Assembly: GCF_006345805.1 (NCBI RefSeq)
Contig: NC_043005.1
Coordinates: forward strand, 23,622,001-23,686,000
DNA length: 64,000 nt
Reading direction: 5' to 3'
From: Octopus sinensis
Lineage: Eukaryota
Shown: positions 13,640-26,805 of the stretch, one piece after another
How positions within the stretch are numbered: position 1 is the first letter of the stretch
How the letters are laid out: every line of letters begins with the position of its first letter
The notes under the pieces: generated by a model
The model's database searches: none
What the model was told of the DNA's origin: nothing
What the model saw: only the letters and a program-made list of their open reading frames with translations
Program-made: the position numbers and the translations under genes

Positions 13640-15300
13640 TTTTGACACCAGGTTCAAATTTTATGACAAGTAATGGCCAAGAAATGGGAACAAAAGACAG
13701 TTGCAAAGTATTGTTCTAAGAAAAAAGTTAATCTACAAGTCGCTGATTCACCAGACCTCACCAAATATCTTCTGCTGCTACTTCTGAGGAATCAGAGAAT
13801 CTCTTGCAGAAGATCCCGAACTGCAACTATGCTTTTTACACAACTTCTTTTGAAGCAATCATCGTCAGAGAAAGGACAGCTAGACCATTTTTTAAAGTAC
13901 GAAGGTAAACTGTCACACGATTCGATCGCTTCAGTTCCCATTTAACGAAGAGCACAGCTGTAAGCAGTTGCACCAGTTAGTGATTTAAAGAGACAGGTTC
14001 ATAACAAACAAAAACATATCCTCAGGCTCAAGATTTGACTTGATTCATTAACTTCAAGAGATGGTTCGTGTTAATAACAATCAGTATGCTTTAGTCTCTG
14101 CGCCAACCTAAGAGTGTTAAATCGCCATTAATGAATATAAGAAGTTCTCTGAAGAATATGGATAATGTTTATATGACGTTGCAGTCATAGTGTATTTGTC
14201 CCCCCACCATCGCTTGACAACCGATGTTGGTGTATTTACGTTGCTGTCATTTAGCAGTTCGGCAAAAAGAGACCTTTAGAATAAATACTAAGCTTACAAA
14301 GAATAAGTCCTGGGGTCGATTTGTTCAACTAAAGGTGGTGCTCCAGCATGGCCGCAGCCAAATGACTGAAACAAGTAAAGGAGTAAAAAAAAAGAATATA
14401 TATATTCTTGCTCCGGTGGGGAGCTAGGATTTTCTGCTTAAAACTGTACAAGATGGCGGAATTGATTACTAAGTGCCAAATTGTGGATCGACCACGTGTT
14501 ACATGTGTACCTTAGAAACGTAAAAAGGAGATTGTCACTTACAGACTTCTTGATCTACGTCAATCAAATCGATTCCATCATAGCAGAGATTTCAGTATTG
14601 TTCAAAGTCAGATGGTTCACGGTTTCTGTAATACCCAGAAGAAGAATTCACCTTGCGTGAAAGACAAGGAATGCACCAAGCGGCTTCCAAGTCCATTTGT
14701 CAATGTGATTTACAGAAGAATAGCACCGAAAGGTGGAGACTTTCAAAATTTAGAGAGTATGAAATTGACAATAACTACCCACTACTGAGACATTTACTGC
14801 AACCATAAAAATTTAATTCTGCAATTTAATAAAGCCCATTAGATTTGTTAATAAATAGGTCCTCAAAGGATCTGATGCCGCAATATTTGCTCTGACGTAG
14901 CAAAACAACTGCAATAAAGTTACCCAGTTCCATTAGGGACAATACCTCGGCGGCCTAAGGAAGTAAAAAAAAAACGAGCTCTAAATCTGAACGACGGAAA
15001 CTGCTTTTGGTGTCTGTCAAGGAAAATCTTAGTGAGAATCTGGGGAGTAAACTCGAAGGTTTTAACCTTTCGTCTTTTATGCAAAAGAACATAATATCTT
15101 CCAGAGACTTATTCTGCTCACGCTGGATTTTGAGTGTGCAAGCACTAAGATTGATTCTTAGAGAATAACGATATGATAAAACCTCATCTGGACTTAAAGC
15201 ACGGCTTTTTCAGAGTTCGTGGTACTCAGGATTGTCTAGGACTCATGGTACATTAAAATGATATGAGATTCAGTTCTATGTGGATAGAAACAACTCAAGA
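13640..15300 (+). mobile_element. Decayed Helitron (N-terminal region and Rep domain), interrupted by a SINE
   Basis: Broken frames give QKIPNCNYAFYTTSFEA and FLKYEGKLSHDSIASVP (N-terminal Helitron motifs); 14560-14880 gives IDSIIAE, QMVHGFCN..NSPCVKDKECTKRLP, YRR, EIDN, KGSDAAIF (Rep motifs). Confidence 0.7.
14170..14385 (+). mobile_element. SINE family A, 3' half (inside the Helitron remnant)
   Basis: cccccaccatcgcttgacaaccgatg..ctccagcatggccgcagccaaatgactgaaacaagtaaa. Confidence 0.75.
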
Positions 15301-15399
15301 TACTTTTATGGCGCCTTGTAGATTGTCTACATCAACAGGACTCTGGCTCATCTCCGTTGATAATTGTTAACAGACCGGGTCTGTTGACGAACAAGGAGA

Positions 15400-15790
15400 T
15401 AACCCTTGAAAAAGGAGATCATGTACGGTGTTCTGAACCATATCCCCGCTGTCAAAGTAAGAGACTTAACTAATTTTCCCAGACCAGGGATCATCATATC
15501 GCTTGCTGATCTTCTTAATGAGAATGAAGTCAAGTTTGCCGTAGATGCTCTACAGAACAACCAAACCAATGAACCCAGCACCATTCCAGCTAAGATTAAT
15601 GAGATTAGTGGTTCTTACTTTGTTTTAAGGTTCAGTGTTCTTTCAATTAATGCAGTGCTCAGAGGACATCTTTCAAGAATCGAATTCAAGAACGTCTCAA
15701 TAGTCTACCTCTACAAGAAAAAAAAAACATCGAAAACATGAAAGGAAATCGCCAGTGCTGCGACAATCAGCAAGTCACATTTCTGCTTTA
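15400..15790 (+). mobile_element. RTE-like LINE reverse transcriptase N-terminal fragment
   Basis: EVKFAVDALQNN..IPAKI..G..FKNVSIVYLYKKK followed in a shifted frame by KGNRQCCDN. Confidence 0.6.
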
Positions 15791-16189
15791 CCTTTTCACT
15801 CAGTGCCTATGATATGAGTCCAGTAATTCATAGATATCTATTGAATCACTACAACTTCTCACCAGTCCACCAAATAATATCTATGCGCCAAATCAATTTT
15901 TATTAGTAGCACATTGTTGCCATATCAAAGACTGTATTTTTGCACTAGCATGTGCTACATTCAAGGCAATAATATTTCTTAGAATTCCTTGTGTTCTTTG
16001 TGAAGTCTTTGTAGCGTTTTTCGTTAAATGAATTCATGTTACGTATGCTAAAACTAGTGTTGATGGTTTTCAGGTGAACGATTTTGACCTTAACATAAAT
16101 ATTACACTGCGAGTGAGAGATGTCAAGTCTCTGAACAAAACCTATTTCACAGAATAAAACTGATTACTTCTTTTCGAATTGAAAAATAG

Positions 16190-16331
16190 GTCTGGTCCGT
16201 TTGATTGGAGGCAGTAACCCAGGAGAAGGACGTGTGGAAGTGTTCCACAAGGGGCACTGGACTACCATCTGTGATGATGATTGGGATGTGGCTGATGCTA
16301 GAGTTATCTGTAGAATGGTTGGAGACTACTC
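16190..16331 (+). CDS. SRCR gene 1, exon 2: N-terminal half of SRCR domain 1
   Basis: aatag acceptor, gtaagt donor at 16332; translates [46 protein letters not shown](S), the SRCR RLxGG..GRVEV..W.TxCDD.W...A.VxCR motif; 142 nt, phase 1-2. Confidence 0.96.
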
Positions 16332-17789
16332 GTAAGTAGAAACCAGTAAAGTTTTTTCTATTACCGACCTTTTCTTCCTTTTTCTTCACATAGGTTTTTT
16401 TTCTTCAAGTAACTTTGGCACACAGTTACAGACTTGGAGGGATGGGTGGGTAAAGTCGTCGAATGGATTTTCAGTAGATGAAAGTAGTACTTAGTTTAGT
16501 TTACCAACCGTCGAACGAAGATCAATAAATATTATTGCCAGGAACCATAGATTAAGTCTATAGTTTATGATTGGTTCTTATTTTATCGACCTTTAAATGA
16601 ACTTTAACAAACATCGTTGCTGGGAATGTGAAAGGACAGATTATGACCCCACTATATACCTGGTCCTTATTTTATCGACATGGGAACGAGGATTAACAGA
16701 TATTGTTGCTGGGAATGTTGTGGGTGTTTGTAGTGGTACACAGACTATGAAGATGTCTGTATGTAGCAATAATCTCACCTCTAGATGTAAATAGTATTCA
16801 AATGTGGATTTTATTTGAGGTTTCTAAGTAACTGGACCAGTATGGAAATATTATTTGGCTCTAAAGAAGAATCCTATCTTTGTAATGCAGTTTTGGTAGA
16901 TTAGTCGCTATGAGGGAATATCGGAGAGTGTTAAATTGAGAATTTGTAGCAGCTCTAAGGGTTTTACCAAGTTATAACAAAAAGTTAGTGAAATATTTAA
17001 AATGTTTACAGTTGGATAGATAGACAAATATAACAAAATAATTTGATAAAAAATGTGAATTTTTAATTATTTTCTGAGATTTTACAAAAACAACAAAAAT
17101 ATTTGTTGTCCAAAATTACACAGGGAGTAGGGGAAGGTTCCCATGATTTACATCAAAGTATTTAGCCTGGGTAGCTACTGTTTATTTCACCCACTGCATC
17201 CTATTTTCATAACGATTCTACTTAATCTTGCCAACTTAGTAAAATCTGTTTCTCTGATGAGATCTAATAAGTCCGAAACATGTTTGTTGATTGAACCAAC
17301 AGGCTTTAAATACTAGATTCATACCTGTCTGCATTATTTATAATGAAAAAAAAATCGATCAGCTAATGATATTGAATTCACACCCATTGCTTCTTTTAAG
17401 AGAGGGAACTATTGTCTACTAATTTCAAGGCAATTTCAGTCGATCAAAATATTTCATCTCACTATATTGCATTTGTGAGATCCTACAGCATTTGTATTGC
17501 AAGAATCTAGTTGCTATGGGAATTAACTGACAAAGCCTCGAATATATCTCTATTCATATTGGTTTCAAGTTTTGACACAAGACCAGCAATTTGCTTAATT
17601 ACACCAGTCTGCGACCAAAAAATCGTTTCACATTTATTGGGTGAAATCCTTTATCTGCGGATTTCAAAAATTACAAAAAAATTATCCTATCATGAACAGT
17701 TTCTTCATAAAATCGATCACTGCATTTCACCATTGTATCCGAATTTGACTATTGTCTTTTTATGATTGATATTGGTTTTCAAATTTAAG

Positions 17790-18370
17790 TACAAGGTCAG
17801 CACTTTTGTGGGAGAGAGAAAGTCGATTACATAGACTCTAGTGTTCCACTGGTACTTAATTTATCGACCCCGAAAGGATGAAAGGCAAAGTCAACATCGG
17901 CGGCATTTGAACTCAGAACTTAAGGACGGACGAAATGTCGCTAAGCATTTCGCCCGGTGTGGTAACAACTCTGCTAGCTCGCCGTCTTCCGATGGCAATT
18001 AATATAAATAATAAGAAAGCGGCGAGCTGGCAGAAACGTTAGCACGCCGGACGAAATGCTTAGCAGTATTTCGTCTGCCGTTACGTTCTGAGTTCAAATT
18101 CCGCCGAGGTTGACTTTGCCTTTCATCCTTTCGGGGTCGATAAATTAAGTACCAGTTACGCACTGGGATCGATGTAATCGACTTAATCCCTTTGTCTGTC
18201 CTTATTTGTCCTCTCTGTGTTTAACCCATTGTGGGTAGTAAAGAAATAGGTATTGCGTCCGTCTTTATGTTCTGAGTTCAAATTCCACCTTTGCTTTTCA
18301 TCCTTTCGGAGTCTACAAAATAAATACCATTTGAGCAATGGGTTGATGTAATCGACTTAGCCCCTCCAAC
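17790..18370. mobile_element. Two SINE family B copies head-to-head (17790-17985 minus; 18018-18250 plus, partial repeat to ~18370)
   Basis: ggcgagctggcagaaacgttagc..gagttcaaattcc tRNA-like head, body gtcgactttgcctttcatcctttcggggtcgataaattaagtaccag, tail ..tgtgggtagtaaagaaat. Confidence 0.82.
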
Positions 18371-18768
18371 AAATTTGAAACCAATATTAATTGCCATTGC
18401 GAATGCCCATCCGTTTACAAGCGAGAGAGTTCCAAATAAAAAAGAAGAGAATTTGAGGTGCTTAACCTAAAACATGAATGGAACCCTTGTAAAATACTAT
18501 TTTCTTACCTTTCAATTGCATTTGTACCATTTGCCAAATAAAGTATCAAGTTCATTTTTATTAGTTTCATTTTGTTCTACCATATGTGGATTTCATTACT
18601 AACTATGGTATATTTATTATTAAATTCTGAGAAAATCTTAGTCAATGAGAAAGCGCTTTTTTGATATTTCGAATTAGCACCACAAAAATATATAAAATAT
18701 TTTGTAAACAATTTTCAAAAGCTTCTATTTCGCAGACTTGCGTTATGTGTGTTTACTGTTTATTTTAG

Positions 18769-18941
18769 GAAAGCCATTCCCTTTTACAATGCTCGTTTCG
18801 GAAAAGGTGAAGGAAATATAACAATAACTGATGTAAAGTGTCATGGGAAGGAATCTACCATTTTTGAATGCTCATACCGCGAGAAGAATTATTGCCTACA
18901 CAAAGATGATGCTTCCGTAGGCTGTTTCAAAACACAGCATG
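18769..18941 (+). CDS. SRCR gene 1, exon 3: C-terminal half of SRCR domain 1
   Basis: ttttag acceptor, gtaaat donor at 18942; KAIPFYNARFGKGEGNITITDVKCHGKESTIFECSYREKNYCLHKDDASVGCFKTQH (FGxGxG, four Cys, DAxVxC); lies within ORF 18749..19054; phase 2-1. Confidence 0.96.
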
Positions 18942-19985
18942 GTAAATATTTGATATTTGTAACAAAGACAATGAGTTTCTGTTTTTTAAGTTGTTTATCT
19001 CTACTGCAGCCCTGTTCCTGTAGATATGCCAGCTGTGACTATCCACTACTCTAGGACCACATTATCCAATATGCAATTTGTTTTCTTCTTAAGAATATAG
19101 GATGTAATCTGCAGGAGATTTCTCTTTCTATTTCTAGCAAATCGTGCGACTGTAGAGGCCACTGTCTTTGTTTGGTTTACAGCAGTGAGTTGGCAATAAT
19201 GGCAGAACTGACTGTCTTCTGTTGTATTACGCTAACTGAAACCCCATCAATATTGATTTTGTCTTTCCTCTCATATAACTAATTAAAGTATCTGTGAATA
19301 TATTAACAGCTGAGTTGACTAATTATATCCATATATGCCATACTGTTTCACCAACTACTTACCCATCTTCTATCAAGATTTCTTCAACCCCTGTATAAAT
19401 TTCTTCAACCCCTGTATAAATTCAATACATTGCATCTACATCTGCATCTTAAAAATCCAACAAAGGAGCCTGACGCAGGTACTCGAATACAATTAACAAT
19501 TGAGTTTACCTCAAATACTACGCTGCAAGAACATAGTGGACTATTATATCAACTTGCTTTCTGGACCTCAACACAAGTAATCCCCATTTATCCAAAAATA
19601 TAAACCAGAATTAAATATGAACCCATATTAGAAATAAAATACTTACCCCTTCTATTGTAAGATATAAGCCAGAATAAAATACAGACCAAAAATAAAAATT
19701 ACAGATTTACTTCCCTTTCACTGTAAAATAAATGAGTGAACAATTATCTCCCCTAGTAATATGTCTTACCCCTAGCAATATGCCTATTTTCAACTATTAG
19801 CTTGATGAGCAATGCGAAACCGGTTCTTACTTTATGTTGAAAGAACGAAATCTTATTTTGCACAAAATTATATATCTTTATTATTATGACTTTAATCCTG
19901 TAAAACAAATCTTCTGTGTTTCTTCATCTTTTCTCTTTTTGTATATATCTAACCACGTGTGTTCCCCCAATAAAATATTTTCAAT

Positions 19986-20033
<48 letters not shown>

Positions 20034-20305
20034 AATGTTTTGTTAAAAAATAATGACCTCCAATAAAGGCTCTGGGTCCTCAGACTTTATCAGAGAGTAT
20101 AACAGCTTATACCGATTCCAGACCTTAACCGGCACCTTTAGCGACTCTGAAACGATGAACGGCAATGTCAAAGCCGTAGCAGGTCAACTCAACCCCACTG
20201 TAAAATAATAAATTCGTATGATATTTATGTCCGTTGCTCTATCAATTTTATCACCTGTTCACGCTACTCTAGTAATAAAACATGAAATATTTTCTCTCTC
20301 CACAG

Positions 20306-20356
20306 TCACGAAAGAGAAAGAAGTCAGCACTTTACCTGAACGTAAGGAAACAATAG
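20306..20356 (+). CDS. SRCR gene 1, exon 4: short inter-domain linker
   Basis: Polypyrimidine tract + cacag acceptor, AG|gtaagt donor; 51 nt, symmetric phase 1-1, open frame (V)TKEKEVSTLPERKETI(E). Confidence 0.8.
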   Translation, partial: SRKRKKSALYLNVRKQ

Positions 20357-21082
20357 GTAAGTAACTATTTCATCTGGACTAAGTCATTACGCAGCAGCAT
20401 AGCGACGGACACCGATTAGTCTTTAATTATAATTAATTCCATTAAATAATTATGTAATGGGATTTTTGGTGACGTTTTACAGATTTTGTGTAGTAACGAG
20501 TTTTTGGCGCAGTAACCTCATTGTCGAGTAGGGAAGGTTGTTGTTTAGTCCCGGATTAGCTATGATAGACTATACATACCAAAGACACTCCAACTTTGAC
20601 CATACTGTCTTATCTCGGATAACTGTATCTAATGCATCCTTTTTTTCTAAACGTGTGTTGAGGGAGATTTGGTTTATTTTACTGTCAAATCGCGTGACAA
20701 TGAAGAGTTTGTCTCCGTGTCTCTAATAAGAAGCTGATCTCTAATTTACAGAATTAGTTATACATGTTTGATTGCAGCACGAAACTGAGTGTTTCTAATC
20801 GCTACGCAATCTCGTTGAACAAACGCTTTCTACCGTAACTTCTGGGAGGCTCAAGCTGTGCGAGTAAACTGAGAAACTACTGACTTTGTCATGCGGCCTG
20901 TACCTATTCTTGAGTGACACGCAACTATATCCATGAGAATACATACATACATGTAAAAATACCCTCTTGATGTTGAAATTCCAATGAAGAAGCCTTGGAT
21001 CTAGGTCAGAACCCGTTCTTTCTCTATTGGCAACAACCCTTGGAATAAAATTGAATAATGACATACATACACACATTTATAT

Positions 21083-21176
<94 letters not shown>

Positions 21177-21999
21177 TGAGTGTATTTTTGACGAGTTTCG
21201 TTTTTTTCACTTTCCTGAGGAGAAGATTGCATTGTTTATACCATTTATTCTTTCGAATAGTATCAGTGGAATTTTCGAAACATGCGTCGAAAGTAAAAAT
21301 ATTTGATTACACCTGCGTTAACTCCATTTTTTATTCATATATATATATATTATATATATATATATATATTATATATATATATATACATATATGATTAATG
21401 AAAGAATCGGAAGATGAAAGATACGAGAAAGTCTATTGATCACTACAAATGTTTCGACCCATCCAGCATCAATCTTTCACGGGTGTGATACTAGATATCT
21501 GGTTTAGGTGTTTGTGTTAGTTTCTCGCCACCGCTTGATAACCAGTGTTGGTTTGTTTACGTTCCAATAACATTAGCTGTTCAGCTGAAATGATCGATAG
21601 AATAAGTATATTGACTAGAAAACAAAATAAGTATCGGAGGGCGATCTGTTCGATCAAAACTCTTTAATCCGATGCCCCAGCTTGGCTGCAGTCCAATAGC
21701 TCTAGCAAGTAAAAGGCAAAAATGGCAAAAGGCAAATGTAACAAGAAGGAAAATAAGAGACAAAGAAGATTTGGTCCACGTCACGTTGTGTGTCTGTTCT
21801 GTGTCATCTGGATAGCCTTGGCCGAAATGTCCTTCCACATTATTCTGTTTGATGAAGGATGATATCGCATTGGTGATGTATATTTCCGAAGAATACATTT
21901 CTGACTAAACCAGTTACAACGAAAATTTCAAAGTTCAGAGAAGACGAGAAACTATAGAAATAAGAATGAAGATAAGTTTCTGTCTATGCGCGCCTGTAG

Positions 22000-22115
<116 letters not shown>

Positions 22116-22493
22116 GAGAAGAAAGAGGGTGTAGGACAGAAATTGACTAATACCAAGTAAGAAAGACATGGTGATGTCTGCAATATAACAATGCAATATA
22201 ATATAAGCGTATGTGTATATATGTATATATATGAGTGTCTATGCATGAATGTATGTATGTATGTATGCATGTATGTATGTTTGTGTATATATATATATAT
22301 ATATAATATATATATATATTTACATATGTATATATCTATATATACATACACGCACACACACATACACACACACACACACACATATATATTCATATATATA
22401 TTTTCATATATATATATTAATATATAAACACAGATTCACACACACACATATATGTTTATGAATTTATGAGTGAATACATGTGTATAGCTATAA

Positions 22494-22555
<62 letters not shown>

Positions 22556-23155
22556 GTATATATTTATGAATATATATATGTATATATAGATATATACATA
22601 TATATGTGTGTATAAATACATGTACATATAAATGTATATATATAAGTGCATATATATTTCAACCTACCTACCTACATACATACCTACCTACCTACCTACC
22701 TACATACATACATACATACATACCGTTATGTTGCACCAAGTCATATTATTATGTTATAGATGCTAGTTTCAGAGTATATTTTGCGTGTTTGTAGATTATT
22801 AACGCTAGAAGGCCTCTGTATCTTCTACGAATGTCAAATAACTGATATCTGTTAATATATTATTCTGTGATCGTTTTGTATTAACGTATATTAAAGAAAA
22901 GAAATGTCAACGTGAATGTCACTGCATGGAACTTATGTAATTTTCATATGCAGCTTAGAAATACACGTTGTTGTCTATTTGTATGTAAAATATCGTCAGA
23001 AGTTTGTATACATGTCTTGCGTTAAATAATAAGAGATAATTCAGATCTGATATGTAAAGTAAATAACGTTATTTAGTTATTGGAAAGTTACATCTAGTGA
23101 ATAATGTCACCTTATTCCCGATTACAGGACTTTAAGTAGGAGTGTGTGTGTGAGT

Positions 23156-23216
<61 letters not shown>

Positions 23217-23769
23217 CGCACGCACACACACACACACTCATACACCCCCACACAGATGCATTGTTATATACTGTGTTATTTAACATGTTCGTGCAAATTA
23301 GGTGATGGAAGGACAATGCGTTGTACAAATTGTCTCAAGAGAAGAAATTCCTCTTATAGATAATATTGGTGTAAACAGTCCACCAAACCTTTGTGGTTTA
23401 CTGGGAAATAATCATCTAAAAGAAGCAGGAATTACTTGCTTGCGTTAATTTTTACCTTTAGGGAGAAAAGGGTGGTGGCGAACCATATTATTTTCCTAGG
23501 TCTGTTTTTAGCTCTATTTATGTAATTCATGTTTTTACTTGAAGGGTTGCAATGTATCTTATCTTTGAATTCGCTGCTAGCTAGGGTTTGCCTTAGCAAA
23601 TATTTCTTTAGTAGAAGAAAGATTAGATAGCCTATTCCTAATGTTAGCTATCAGGTTTTTAACCACTACAGGGGTGTGACAGGAGAAACTCTTCTACATA
23701 CAAAAACACTCCTGTTGATAAATTACTGCTGCGTTATCTGTTTTATCTCAATGTCACACTGCATTACAG

Positions 23770-24000
23770 AATCCCACGTGACTACATGACCGACCAGACT
23801 ATCAGATATTGTTATACGTCGCTGGTCACAATGCGCTTTGCATCGTTTTAGCCTTCGAATGACGCTGCCCCGCTGGCTAGGCAAGCAGGCCAACATTCCC
23901 CACTTGATCGAAAGGGGAGACTGGAGCAACGTGAAAGGAAGTGTTTCGCTCAAGAACACAACACATGAGTGCGATATCCTGACCACTACGCCACGCGCCG
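23770..24000 (-). mobile_element. SINE family C
   Basis: cacgtgactacatgaccgaccag..ggtcacaatgcg..gtttcgctcaagaacacaac..accactacgccacgcgcc. Confidence 0.7.
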
Positions 24001-24949
24001 TCACACATTACAGACTACATCTCTAAATTTTAGCTAATACTGTATATAATAGAACCAATTTGAGAGCGTACGCTATATTCGCAATATAGTGTATCTAGTT
24101 TACGTAGGCCGTTTGTAGCAATTGCCTTATAAAAGCAGCATTTCTGTGGACCGTGAAACAGAGTATTTGACAGTTGATGAAATCTAAACAAAAGACTGAA
24201 AGTAAAACGAAAGACACCTTTTATTAAAAGCTACCCATGAAAATAATGTATATAAAGATGAGGCTCTACGTCGGCCTACACACAAAAGCTTGACTATATA
24301 TCTATAATGTGAATTTATGTTTAGAAATGCTGCATGTATCTTATTAGAAGAATTCTTACAGGGAAGAAGAATAAATTTAGGAACTATATATTTATTACAC
24401 AAAATATTTTTTATTAATTGGTTGTCGATGAAACACAATCAAAATGTAGAAACTAATTGAATGAAATAATCTATGCAAGAAAGTTCAGAAATGTAAAAAT
24501 GACAGCTAAATAGTAGTTTTTAGTAATGTGACATAGAGAAATAGATAGACATAGCAACGACGTGAGTGGCTCTGAGTCTAATCGACAAAAAAGCAAAGAG
24601 CAGGGCAAACGCTAGACATTCTAGAAACTTCAATGAGAAACACGAAACTTCTTGAATAATTAAGAATTACTTCTCATGAAATATAATCTCCCGAGAAACT
24701 TACTAAAGGGCGATTACTCTATAACACTTCTTGCAAGATTATATCGTTCAACTATTTTAGCTACAGACGACAAACTACTACATATCTATTGATATATTCT
24801 GTTGTACAGCGTAAGTATAGCATTGAAACAATACTAATCTCAGTAATTTATTATCGAATTAGCTGCCATGAATACATTATCATGCAAATTAGTTTATTAG
24901 ATTATTAATAAAGATAAATATCACCCATTACTACCCTTAGTAATAATCC

Positions 24950-25150
24950 TTTCGGCACAGAGCTTGAAATTTGGGGGAGAGTGATTGTCAATTACATCGA
25001 CCCCAACGCGTAACTGGTACTTAGTTTATCGACCCCGAAAGGATAAAAGGCAAAGTCGGCCTCGGCGGAATTTGAATTTAGAACGTAGCGACGGACGAAA
25101 TACCGCCAAGTATTTCGTCCCGACGTACTAACGATTCTGCCAGCCCGTCG
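24950..25150 (-). mobile_element. SINE family B
   Basis: ggtacttagtttatcgaccccgaaaggataaaaggcaaagtcggcctcggcggaatttgaa..gattctgccagc. Confidence 0.78.
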
Positions 25151-25584
25151 CTTTGCGGCCCTTAGTAATAATGGGTGGTAAGCAGTGTCTCTGTGCACAC
25201 TTAAAGAGGGTAATTATATTCTGTTTGATAGTATAGCATAAAAAACGCTCTTAACACATTAGCAACACATACACGCGCGCGCGCATACACACACACGCAC
25301 GCACGCACACACGTTGTGATTTAAAATAACCCGTGTTTTGAACTCCAAAAGTTTTTCCGTATATCCGAAAGGAAGCGGTAAGGAGGATTCGCATTTCATA
25401 TTTGACAGCTGGACAATGCAATTAGATAATAAAAATTTACATTGTATAATTAAGAATAATAATTCTCAATTATACAATGCAAATTTTTTACTACCTAATT
25501 AATTGCATTGTCAAAATTTCAAATATATGATACGAATTATAAAAATGAAAAGGTTTGGTAACTGAAAATCTTATACTCTTTTAC

Positions 25585-25784
25585 TTCTTTCAGTCATTTG
25601 ACTGTAGCCATGCTGGAGCACCGCCTTTAGTCGAGCAAATCGACCCCAGGACTTATTCTTTGTGAGCCTAGTACTTATTCTATCGGCCGCTTTTGCCGAA
25701 TCGCTAAGTTACGGGGACGTAAACACACCAGCATCAGTTGTGAAGCGGCGTTGGGGAACAAACACAGACGCACAAACATATGCA

Positions 25785-25790
<6 letters not shown>
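25585..25790 (-). mobile_element. SINE family A, 3' half
   Basis: ttcagtcatttgactgtagccatgctggagcaccgcctttagtcgagcaaatcgacccc. Confidence 0.75.
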
Positions 25791-25836
<46 letters not shown>

Positions 25837-25977
25837 AGGTAATGAACCTCTTACTTCAGTTTCACAATTTTTGGACTAATAGTCCATTTCAGAATTGGCG
25901 CGTTAAGCCTCTTAAACACAATAACATGCAATATCATAATAAACATTACAACACTGAGGCTTTTCAGCCTCTTGTCT

Positions 25978-26430
25978 TTATTCCTCCCTGACATCGCTTG
26001 TGCCCGTATACTCCACCATCCCCCACGCCTCATTCAAGACCAAGGTCGGATCTGAGCCGGCGTTGCCCGGCCACAAGCGATATTCCTCATTGAGTCCCTG
26101 CAGCCTACACCCCGCAGCCACCGTTATGATCTCCACAGCTATCTGCGGAGGCCATTCGGGATCCTGTGTGAAGGTTAAACGTACTTCCGTATGGTGCCTT
26201 TCCACCACCTCTTCTACCTCTCCGCCTCTGTAGAAGAAGACCAATAGTTCCTCTTCCTCTGGGTTCGAGGTAGTCAAGTCTACTGTTGGCGGCACCGTTC
26301 CCCCCATCGGTGTCTCTTCCCCCTGCCGGTGGCACAACACCTACCGGCAAGGTTCCGGGACATTCCGGTGCTATGACACCGACTGCTGGCAATGTCCCGT
26401 TTCTCTTCCTCTTCCTCTTTTTCCCTCTCA
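25978..26430 (-). mobile_element. GC-rich coding-like TE fragment, unclassified (possibly LINE ORF1)
   Basis: Sharp GC-rich island with ORF 25978..26340 in AT-rich intron 4; no diagnostic motif recognised. Confidence 0.3.
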
Positions 26431-26549
26431 ACTGAGGGAGGGTGCGTCTACTCCGTGACCGGGAGATTCACCTCCCCTCCCTTATCCCCAGGATTGGTAA
26501 GCAAGCTACTTACCACACAGCCACTCCTACGCCTATTGAGAAATTATTT

Positions 26550-26626
<77 letters not shown>

Positions 26627-26663
26627 TAGAAAATACAATTAAATCTTCTTTCTTTTTAAACAG

Positions 26664-26805
26664 AAATAAAAGTACGATTGGTAGGTGGTTTGAACAACAC
26701 ACATGGACTTGTTGAAATTTTCCACCAGGAAAACTGGGGAACAATCTGTAATCACGAATGGAGTTACAAGAATGCTCAAGTAATTTGCCGAATGCTAGGA
26801 TACCT
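26664..26805 (+). CDS. SRCR gene 1, exon 5: N-terminal half of SRCR domain 2
   Basis: tttttaaacag acceptor, gtaagt donor at 26806; IKVRLVGGLNNTHGLVEIFHQENWGTICNHEWSYKNAQVICRMLGY(L); 142 nt and phase 1-2, same as exon 2. Missed by the ORF track. Confidence 0.95.

Noticed and set aside
19050-19600. Possible LINE fragments in intron 3
   Set aside because: Only scattered weak motif similarity; cannot be supported without alignment.
21440-21480. Further hammerhead-like words (21440-21480 minus, 43565-43590 plus, 40607 plus)
   Set aside because: Core is incomplete or stems cannot be formed; not distinguishable from chance.
23300-23450. Possible extra SRCR exon ending ..KEAGITC
   Set aside because: Cys spacing and motifs do not match SRCR, no good donor, and exons 4 and 5 already join in frame.
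24128-24230. TATAAAA followed by a short ATG ORF in intron 4
   Set aside because: ORF is ~16 codons with no signal peptide or donor; TATA-like words are common in AT-rich DNA.
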